From: a virus
IMG/VR virus record: IMGVR_UViG_3300037963_005450
Coordinates: 1 to 64,000 of that record
Reading direction: 5' to 3' (one strand)
DNA: 64,000 nt
How positions within the stretch are numbered: the stretch's first letter is position 1; every line of letters begins with the position of its first letter. A model generated the notes under the pieces. It ran no database searches, was not told the DNA's origin, and saw only the letters and a program-made list of their open reading frames with translations. Shown one piece after another: positions 57,185 to 64,000 of this stretch. Both the position numbers and the translations under genes were made by a program.

Positions 57185-60100
57185 TTAAGATACTTCAGGG
57201 TCTAATGGATCTTCATCTTCTTCATCTGGCACTCCATCATTATCATCATCTTCATCTGCATTATTTCCTACACCATCTCCATCAGTATCTACACTTTCTT
57301 CTGGATCTAGTGGGAATGCATCATCTTCATCAGGAACACCATCTCCATCTGTATCAGGACCTTCTTCTTCTCCTTCAAGTGCTTCTTCACATGCATCACA
57401 ATCTTCATAAGTATCTTCTGTTATATTTTCATTTTCTTCAGCATCACCTACTACTTCCCAACATTGCTCTTCCCATTTAACTGCTTGTCCTACAAGCAAT
57501 GAAACTGGTGTTTGAACATCTTGTGAACCATCTCCCTCACAAGGTTTTAATTGGTAATAATAAACATCTTCATCAGCTTCACATGCTTCACAATTTTCAA
57601 ATGTTACTTCTTGAATATTATCATTTGGTTCAGCTGGTCCGCTTATTTCATAACATACACCACCTATTTTTAACGCTTCTCCTATACCATGTTCCCCTGG
57701 AGTTTGAATAATTTGAACTTCACCTTCACCACATGGGCTTATAGTATAATAATTTGGTTCTGCTGGTTCTCCACATCCTTCTATTGTACCACCTACAGAA
57801 TTTAAATCAGATTTAAGTGTAGATGCTTCAAATGAAGTTTGATCAATAAATGCCCATACATTTAAATCTAATAATGGAGCAGTTTGTAATCCAACAACGC
57901 CTGTTTCAGCACCTTCATATGGATTTAATATTCCCACACCTTCCATTAACCAAGGAGTTAAATCAACTGCAGTATTCCAACCCCAATCATTTGGTGCTGT
58001 CATTTGTGCTGTTAAAGCTCCTAATGCCATTAATAAAGCTGCCGCATCACTTCCTGTTGTTCCAGTAGTTATTGGATAATATGTAAGAGAGTAACCATCA
58101 GGAAATGCTGGTGTTCCACTTAACCCTTGAGCTGTTGCCCAAGCAGAATTTTCTGTATTATTTTTAATATCATATGCTTCTACATATGCTGTTTTATATT
58201 CAGGTGTAGGTTGCAATGTATTTAAAAAGCCCCATCCTTCTACTAAAGTATTTGGATGAAATGGTATTGATGCTTGATTATCTGAAAATGCAATAATCCA
58301 TGCTGAATCTGGAGGAGTTGCAGGGCCTGCACCTGTCCATGAGTCAGGTAAAACTTTTATTTCATTCCATTCTGGACCTGCTGCTACAATTCCTGATGCA
58401 TTAACATCCCATACAGCTTTTGTATATGCACTTACCCAGTTTGAATCAGTTACAGGAATGATATATAAATTACCCGTATGATTTGGACATTGTGCTTGGA
58501 AATCATTAAACCATGTTTCTAAACCAGATTTAATATCTCCTGCTTCTCCAACTGATTTTGTATTTGTATCAATAAACGCCCATGCATCAGTTTGCAATGA
58601 TTTCCATCCTTGACTAATTCCACTTATAGATTGAACATTATACAGTAATGTATCACTTCCTGCACATGTACCTGCAGCATCTGTTAATTCAATTGTAAAC
58701 GTATCTGTACCATTATAATTAGGATCATTAGGCGTATACAACATTTGTGGTGAATTTGGACCAAGAGGTTGAGTTAATACACCATGAGTAGGTTGAACTG
58801 TAATTGTAAATAAAGGTAATGTTCCTCCAAAAACATAAGGTATATCAAATGTTGTTGGAATTCCTTTAAGAGTTCTAATTTGAGGTTGACTAGATAACAT
58901 TACTGGACAATCACAACAATATACTACCATTACTGGACCATTTTGTAATACTGGAAATCCTGCAACATCCCATAAAGCATATGCATGATATGTTATTGCT
59001 CCTTGTGGAGTAACTACAACTTGAGGTCCTAAATAAAACCATCCACCACTGGTTAATGATGTATCATTATATTGTACACCTTCACATACTAAATCAGGGT
59101 ATATCCATCTATCTTGTGGACCAGCTAATGCTGTTCCTGCAGTATATATAGTATCAGATGGAGTTTGGAAAACAACATTATCATTTGGTTGTCCACCAGG
59201 ACATGCACCTAAACTATTTTCTACTACAATTTGATTTCCTCCTGGATCATAATAAAATGTTCTATATCCATCTCCAAAACAATGTTGTCCTAAATAAATA
59301 TAACCTGCAGCAAATGATCCCGTAGTTACAGCTTGTGTTTGAATAGGACTACAATTTGTTCCTTGCATTGTGTATGTTACTCCAGGACATGTTTGACCAA
59401 CACCGGCTACTGTTAATGTTAATGTAAATACATATGTTGTTGCAGGTGTTAAATTAGGTACTGTAATTGATACATTTATTGGTTGATTTGATAATTGACC
59501 AGTACTGTATACTTGTGTACCATTAAGCGTTGTTACTGTTAAATCAAAACTTGCTGCTGCTCCTATTTGATTAGTCCATGTTACAGTAGCTTCATCACCC
59601 GCAGGATTTGATGATGGAGTAATAGGTGGACAAGGATATCCTAATGCTAATGTTTGTGAAGAACTATTTTGACATGTATCTGTCCCATCTGTCAAACAAA
59701 AATCAACAGCTACTTGAACTGCTGTTGCAACATTTAATGCTGCTATATTAATTTGTAAACCAAGATTATTATTTTGCTCTACTACTGCATTAAAACCTTG
59801 AGAAATTTGTTGCCCATTAGAATCTGTTATAGTTATGTTTGATCCACAATCTGTCCATCCTGCTGGAATTGTTGTACTAGTAAAATTAATATTAATTGAA
59901 TTTGATCCTGCACCACCTCCAACAGAACTTGGAACAAAACCATAAATTATACTATCACAATTTGAATCACAACAATTATTTTGAATATTTTCTATTGCAT
60001 TATAAAGATCACAAATTACTAACCATTGATTTTGGGTAGTTTGTGCCATTGTAGAATTTGCTTGCCATCCTGTTAAACCTCCGTATGTACCTTGACCAGA

Positions 60101-60790
60101 TAAAAGATCTGTATTAGCAAATATACATTGAGCATTATATGCATTTTCTATTAAATTTACATCACCAAGTGCACCAACTATACCACAAAATGCTGCTTCT
60201 AATCCTGCCAATAAAACATCAGCATCTACTAAATTACCGGCATTAATACATACAGACATTATTTGATTTGCTGTTCCACCACTTCCATCACACGGTAAAA
60301 CACAATTTTCTAGTATAGTAATTCTATTTTCATGATCAGCAAGTTGCTCATTAATAATTGCAATAGAAGTTAAAATTTCACATATTCTATTTGCAAGTAA
60401 AAAAGCATATTCCGCTATTTCAAGAACAGTTACCGGATTTCCAGCTTCATCAGCATATTGTAAACATGGAGGTAATTGTATTGTTGTTTTACCATCATCC
60501 CCTGGTGTTAACGTACATAAGTAATCTATAATAGCTTGTACAATTTCTTGTAAAGTTTCTGCATCTGGATCTACATTTACTAAACATTCCAATTTAATAT
60601 CGGACATATCTGGTTCACATAAACAACTGCTATCAATAAGTTCACATAGTTTTTCTGCTAATTTTGCAACTACATCACTAATTGTATCCCCATTGCATAA
60701 TTCTATACATGGGATGTCTGGACCTTGCCAAACCACGCAATTGGATGAAATTGGAGAACAAGGTTTATTATTTCCGGAAATTGGTAACAT
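57185..60790 (-). CDS. Modular fibre/adhesin-like virion protein (Cys-rich N-terminus, FN3, Ig/cadherin-like, Cys repeats, TSP3-like repeats; 1201 aa)
   Basis: CSPISSNCVVWQGPDIPC; VTW...NLTPATTYVFTL (FN3); QPTHGVL...YTP...YNGTDTFT (Ig/cadherin-like); two YY.L.PC...C[YW]E...C.AC repeats; acidic DxDGDG tail. Confidence 0.8.
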   Translation of the reverse strand: MLPISGNNKPCSPISSNCVVWQGPDIPCIELCNGDTISDVVAKLAEKLCELIDSSCLCEPDMSDIKLECLVNVDPDAETLQEIVQAIIDYLCTLTPGDDGKTTIQLPPCLQYADEAGNPVTVLEIAEYAFLLANRICEILTSIAIINEQLADHENRITILENCVLPCDGSGGTANQIMSVCINAGNLVDADVLLAGLEAAFCGIVGALGDVNLIENAYNAQCIFANTDLLSGQGTYGGLTGWQANSTMAQTTQNQWLVICDLYNAIENIQNNCCDSNCDSIIYGFVPSSVGGGAGSNSININFTSTTIPAGWTDCGSNITITDSNGQQISQGFNAVVEQNNNLGLQINIAALNVATAVQVAVDFCLTDGTDTCQNSSSQTLALGYPCPPITPSSNPAGDEATVTWTNQIGAAASFDLTVTTLNGTQVYSTGQLSNQPINVSITVPNLTPATTYVFTLTLTVAGVGQTCPGVTYTMQGTNCSPIQTQAVTTGSFAAGYIYLGQHCFGDGYRTFYYDPGGNQIVVENSLGACPGGQPNDNVVFQTPSDTIYTAGTALAGPQDRWIYPDLVCEGVQYNDTSLTSGGWFYLGPQVVVTPQGAITYHAYALWDVAGFPVLQNGPVMVVYCCDCPVMLSSQPQIRTLKGIPTTFDIPYVFGGTLPLFTITVQPTHGVLTQPLGPNSPQMLYTPNDPNYNGTDTFTIELTDAAGTCAGSDTLLYNVQSISGISQGWKSLQTDAWAFIDTNTKSVGEAGDIKSGLETWFNDFQAQCPNHTGNLYIIPVTDSNWVSAYTKAVWDVNASGIVAAGPEWNEIKVLPDSWTGAGPATPPDSAWIIAFSDNQASIPFHPNTLVEGWGFLNTLQPTPEYKTAYVEAYDIKNNTENSAWATAQGLSGTPAFPDGYSLTYYPITTGTTGSDAAALLMALGALTAQMTAPNDWGWNTAVDLTPWLMEGVGILNPYEGAETGVVGLQTAPLLDLNVWAFIDQTSFEASTLKSDLNSVGGTIEGCGEPAEPNYYTISPCGEGEVQIIQTPGEHGIGEALKIGGVCYEISGPAEPNDNIQEVTFENCEACEADEDVYYYQLKPCEGDGSQDVQTPVSLLVGQAVKWEEQCWEVVGDAEENENITEDTYEDCDACEEALEGEEEGPDTDGDGVPDEDDAFPLDPEESVDTDGDGVGNNADEDDDNDGVPDEEDEDPLDPEVS
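57190..57355 (-). repeat. Thrombospondin type-3-like Ca2+-binding repeats
   Basis: DTDGDGVPDEDDAFPLDP / DTDGDGVGNNAD / DDDNDGVPDEEDEDPLDP. Confidence 0.85.
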
Positions 60791-60834
60791 ATATTTAATT
60801 TTTTGTAGTTATTTTTTCTGCCATACTACTATTA

Positions 60835-60845
60835 TAATATACAAA
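60835..60845 (-). promoter_or_regulatory. Putative late promoter motif TTTGTATATTA (copy 6)
   Basis: Exact motif about 45 nt upstream of the ATG at 60790. Confidence 0.6.
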
Positions 60846-60894
60846 AGTTTTATGAAACAACCAAGTTACTATATGTAGTATTAATCTTTTCATT

Positions 60895-62004
60895 TTAAGC
60901 TGCTGGTGGATTTGGTACTCCTGATGATCCAATTACTCCAGTAATTGTTTCTGATATTGTTATATCTGAGCAAGCAGGGGTTGGATTTTCACATGTAGGT
61001 GCACATTCATCACCTTGTACTGTTATTGTTATATGTTGTTGTCTACAATCACCAGCTGTTTCAAAACAATAACATATTTCTAAAGTATGTTGTGTATTTA
61101 CAGAAGCATTGGGAATAGAATATACAATAGTTCCACTTGAATCTGTTTGACCAATATTTCCACCATCTATTACTAATGGATATCCTGCTATAGGATTACC
61201 ATTTGTATCTATAACTTCTATTATTATACATTCTGAATCATCACAAAATAAAGCTTGTAATTGTTCTAATTGGTCAGTAGTTTTATTTATTAATACTGTT
61301 AACTCTTCAATTAGAGCATTATTTTCTTCAATTTCTGCTTCTATATTATTAATTTGTGCTTGTATTTCTTTAATTTCAGTTTGCTTTTCTTTTGCTTGAT
61401 CTGTAAGTGCAGCTAATTGTGCATCTAAATCTTTTATTTGAACCTCTAAAGTTAAACATTCTGGTAATGTTGGATTAGATAAACAATCAAGAGCTTCATA
61501 TTGCTCAAATAACTCTTTAAGATCAATTTGTAATACTTTTATTTGTTCAATTAATGAGGCTTCTTCTGTCTGTAAATTTTCTAATAATTCATTAAGTGCT
61601 TTTAATTGTAAAGTTTTTTCTTCATTTTCAGCAGTTAATGTTGCAAGTTCATCTTGCATTTCTAGCAATTCTTGTTTGTATTTTGCTATTAACTCTAATG
61701 TTTTTGATGCATTTGGTGGTTCAGTATAACCACAATCTACACACCAATATGGAGCATTAGAATCAGAACATGGATCAACAGGTCCTGAAGGAATAAAAAT
61801 CTCACTAGATAAAGAGACTATTGGTGCTGGATAACTGTCTTTTAAACTTTGCCAGTCACATAAATATTTTTTAATTGCAATTTTTTCTAAATCAAAAGGG
61901 CAACAAGATGTAATACCATATTTTTTTTCTCTAAAGCTTTTATGAGCAACATCTGCAAACTTTTGTTCTGTTTGTATTTGCTTAATTAATTTTTCTTCTT
62001 CCAT
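60895..62004 (-). CDS. Structural protein with long coiled-coil hairpin and C-terminal beta-sandwich
   Basis: Two heptad arms separated by CLSNPTLPEC; IEVIDTNGNPIAG...GQTDSSG beta-domain; Cys-rich ends. Confidence 0.7.
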   Translation of the reverse strand: MEEEKLIKQIQTEQKFADVAHKSFREKKYGITSCCPFDLEKIAIKKYLCDWQSLKDSYPAPIVSLSSEIFIPSGPVDPCSDSNAPYWCVDCGYTEPPNASKTLELIAKYKQELLEMQDELATLTAENEEKTLQLKALNELLENLQTEEASLIEQIKVLQIDLKELFEQYEALDCLSNPTLPECLTLEVQIKDLDAQLAALTDQAKEKQTEIKEIQAQINNIEAEIEENNALIEELTVLINKTTDQLEQLQALFCDDSECIIIEVIDTNGNPIAGYPLVIDGGNIGQTDSSGTIVYSIPNASVNTQHTLEICYCFETAGDCRQQHITITVQGDECAPTCENPTPACSDITISETITGVIGSSGVPNPPAA

Positions 62005-62018
62005 AGCTTTAGTTATTA

Positions 62019-62225
62019 TTAACTGCGTCCTAATTTTGCATTTGCTTTTTTAATAGTATTCATCAATTGTCTTTTTTTACTTGATTTACTACCATTACCT
62101 ACCATTATTCTTTTACTGTTATATATATTTTTGCAACTTTTACATATTGTTTGTCCATTTTTAGCAACTGTCTTTTGACATCCACATGTAAATTTTTTAC
62201 CACAATTTGCACAATTAGTTTTCAT
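62019..62225 (-). CDS. Small Cys-rich basic protein (possible Zn finger)
   Basis: CANC...CGC...CKSC with a basic tail. Confidence 0.7.
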   Translation of the reverse strand: MKTNCANCGKKFTCGCQKTVAKNGQTICKSCKNIYNSKRIMVGNGSKSSKKRQLMNTIKKANAKLGRS

Positions 62226-62244
62226 TTTGTTGGCTTTAAAAAAA

Positions 62245-62799
62245 TTAACAACATGATGCTGTAGAACATGTTATTTTTTCTAATTTCTTTTTGGCAAAAT
62301 TATAAATGTCCATTCCTGCTGCAGGACTTTGACAATATTCTACTTTTGCCACAGCTGCATCAATTAATGTTCTTATATAATTCATTTCTAAAACAAGTTC
62401 TTTTTTACTTCTATCTGGTTCACATACTAATGCATCTATTTCACATAATTTTGAATAGTAAGAAGATAAAAGAGTTGTTACTCTTAAATGATTATATTCT
62501 ACATATACTTTATCGTTTGGTGCAACACTATATTTAATAATGTAAACACCATCTTGAATATGAGTTCTTACCGTTCCACAATCATCTTTTTGTAGAGCTA
62601 AAGCACAAGAATTTAAATTTAAATCAAAGTGTGGTTGAACCTTTATTAATGTTGGAGAATTAAAACCAGGCGTTGTGATTAATAATTCAGGACAATCAAT
62701 GGCCAAATTATCTGCATATTGTGATGTATCTCTTATACTTAATATTTCACAATTAGCACTCGGTTGAATTTCCAAACTTAAAATATGCTTATTTGCCAT
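62245..62799 (-). CDS. Tail-hub-like structural protein
   Basis: LSIRDTSQY...LLITTPGF...DGVYIIKYSVAP motifs; follows the capsid-associated gene; function inferred from synteny. Confidence 0.55.
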   Translation of the reverse strand: MANKHILSLEIQPSANCEILSIRDTSQYADNLAIDCPELLITTPGFNSPTLIKVQPHFDLNLNSCALALQKDDCGTVRTHIQDGVYIIKYSVAPNDKVYVEYNHLRVTTLLSSYYSKLCEIDALVCEPDRSKKELVLEMNYIRTLIDAAVAKVEYCQSPAAGMDIYNFAKKKLEKITCSTASCC

Positions 62800-62837
62800 T
62801 TTTAAAATTTTTTATAGGTAATATTATATTACATAAA

Positions 62838-62848
62838 TAATATACAAA
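62838..62848 (-). promoter_or_regulatory. Putative late promoter motif TTTGTATATTA (copy 7)
   Basis: Exact motif just downstream of the terminator and about 39 nt upstream of the ATG at 62799. Confidence 0.6.
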
Positions 62849-62863
62849 AAATACTAGAGAATA

Positions 62864-62899
62864 GAAAATAAAAAGGGCAGGAAAAAATCCCGCCCTTTA
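62864..62899 (-). terminator. Rho-independent terminator
   Basis: AAAGGGCGGGA-loop-TCCTGCCCTTT followed by T-rich TATTTTC on the minus strand. Confidence 0.85.
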
Positions 62900-62925
62900 T
62901 TATTTAGAAATTAATTATTATCTAA

Positions 62926-64000
62926 TTATGATGAGCTACTTGAGTAAGAAGTTGCACAAGCATCAGGTTTTTCAAATGGAACTGCAGCAACGCCTTCTGT
63001 GCATAGATCAGATAATTCGTCAAATATATCATCTAAGTTATCTTGTGTAGTTGTATCATCACAAGCAACATAAATTATTAAATGATATTGATCATTATCA
63101 AATACTCCAGTAGGATTGTTTAATCTTGGAATATTGTGTAAGATATTATATGATAAATAAAGAATTGGATCTCCATTAGCATCAAATCTAGGAACTGCAT
63201 CTACTACAGCAGAAGAACCTTCAATTTCACGGATTCTTGCAGAATCTGCATTTCCTTGATTGTAAGGAGATTGTCTGTAACGCTCTGTCATTAAGATATC
63301 TCTTAATACAGTATCACCATGAGTTTGTTGAGTTGTTCCAGCTGTTCTTGTAATAGTTGCACATTTAACATCACAAGGATTTCCGCTTTCATCTTTAAGA
63401 TCAAAATATAATTGAACTGGTTCAACATTGTAATGATCTCTAGTATCAAATGAACAGTTACCAAATTTAGTATCTACATAAGCACCAGTAATAGTAATTC
63501 TACCACAGTTGTTAGAAGTAGTACCACTCCAAGTTTGCCCTTCATATGTTGCTAAATCATCATTTGGAATTGCTATGTAATTAGTACCACCATCAGTAGA
63601 GTATTCAACTACTACAGAAATAAATGGAGCTAAAACTGGATTTTCTATTAATCCTAAAGCTAATCTAGCTAATACTAAACTAGGCTCAACATAGTCAACA
63701 TCATTTACTGTTACTGAATTAGTACTATCACAGCAAATTCCTCCACTGTCAGTATCTCCATAAGCATTGTGATTTAAAAATCTTAATGCTGGTGAACCTT
63801 TAACATCCATTCTTCCAAAATATGTTTCGTCACATTTAAAACATGTATCACATGCTTCAATTACAACTGTAGAAGGAGCTGCATCACAGCATTCTGTTTT
63901 CCATAATTTACTAATATATCTTGGGTTAATACCTTTAGATTTTACAGATTCTTTATATCCACCGTGACCAGGATTGTTTCCAATCTTATCAGCAGGAGCA
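62926..64000 (-). CDS. Virion structural protein, probably auxiliary capsid protein; 5' end outside window
   Basis: The frame stays open upstream of the track's ATG at 63810 to the window edge (APADKIGNNPGHGGYKESVKSKGINPRY...). It is followed by a strong terminator and precedes the hub-like gene. Confidence 0.6.
   Translation of the reverse strand, partial: APADKIGNNPGHGGYKESVKSKGINPRYISKLWKTECCDAAPSTVVIEACDTCFKCDETYFGRMDVKGSPALRFLNHNAYGDTDSGGICCDSTNSVTVNDVDYVEPSLVLARLALGLIENPVLAPFISVVVEYSTDGGTNYIAIPNDDLATYEGQTWSGTTSNNCGRITITGAYVDTKFGNCSFDTRDHYNVEPVQLYFDLKDESGNPCDVKCATITRTAGTTQQTHGDTVLRDILMTERYRQSPYNQGNADSARIREIEGSSAVVDAVPRFDANGDPILYLSYNILHNIPRLNNPTGVFDNDQYHLIIYVACDDTTTQDNLDDIFDELSDLCTEGVAAVPFEKPDACATSYSSSSS

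Larger units (their letters stand above)
1..64000. other. Genome segment of a crAss-like phage (virion/cargo gene module)
   Basis: Giant RNAP with the GxDFDID motif, preceded by cargo, muzzle, ring, IHF-like and hub-like genes in the order known for crAss001/phi14:2-type phages. Dense coding. A-rich start contexts lack Shine-Dalgarno motifs, as in Bacteroidota. No integrase or host genes seen. Confidence 0.9.

Noticed and set aside
46616-57355. Idea of a eukaryote-derived thrombospondin split between the muzzle (lectin-like) and fibre (TSP3) genes
   Set aside because: Both modules occur independently in bacteria and phages, and nothing in the sequence links the two.
3454-62537. Many short ORFs antisense to or nested in large genes (e.g. 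3454, 13085, 13979, 17131, 31782, 41237, 52598, 53709, 57205, 62268)
   Set aside because: Fully overlapped by long motif-bearing ORFs, with compositions typical of antisense or off-frame translation.
1-64000. Stop-codon reassignment as in some gut crAss-like phages
   Set aside because: Multi-kb ORFs are intact in the standard code, and TAG (2277, 35232, 53750) and TGA (1584, 53350, 54618) end genes at sensible junctions.
62926-64000. Calling the edge gene the major capsid protein
   Set aside because: No HK97-type MCP features recognised; its position before the hub-like gene fits an auxiliary capsid protein better.
1-64000. tRNA, CRISPR array, DGR, integrase or IS element
   Set aside because: Intergenic gaps are short and largely explained by terminators and promoter motifs; no cloverleaf, spaced repeat array, reverse transcriptase or recombinase motifs seen by eye.

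Overview
AT-rich 64-kb segment of a crAss-like bacteriophage (Crassvirales-type podovirus; Bacteroidota/Flavobacteriia host inferred). It is almost entirely a minus-strand virion gene cluster read in the standard genetic code. From right to left: probable auxiliary capsid protein (truncated by the window edge), tail-hub-like and Cys-rich fibre/decoration proteins, a monocistronic metallophosphoesterase, an IHF/HU-like gene, two tail ring proteins separated by four tiny basic proteins, and a 2315-aa muzzle/tail-stabilisation protein. Then come about 40 kb of six giant presumed ejected (cargo) proteins totalling 13,313 aa, including a 5462-aa virion RNA polymerase with the DFDID catalytic motif. 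A plus-strand island carries a class II ribonucleotide reductase (nrdJ). The left end holds holin-like membrane genes and a collagen-like gene. Main observations: (1) a recurrent [YFMAK]-[QK]-x-G-G-E-like hexapeptide sits at domain boundaries in three cargo proteins and in small basic proteins, suggesting a polyprotein-processing or capsid-targeting code; (2) the cargo proteins carry many enzyme domains: two classes of ADP-ribosyltransferase, zincin peptidases, a PD-(D/E)xK nuclease, a lytic transglycosylase and a LysM domain; (3) seven copies of an intergenic TTTGTATATTA promoter-like motif; (4) a roughly 550-aa Cys-flanked lectin-like insertion in the muzzle. All protein assignments come from motifs read by eye plus gene order; no database searches were run.
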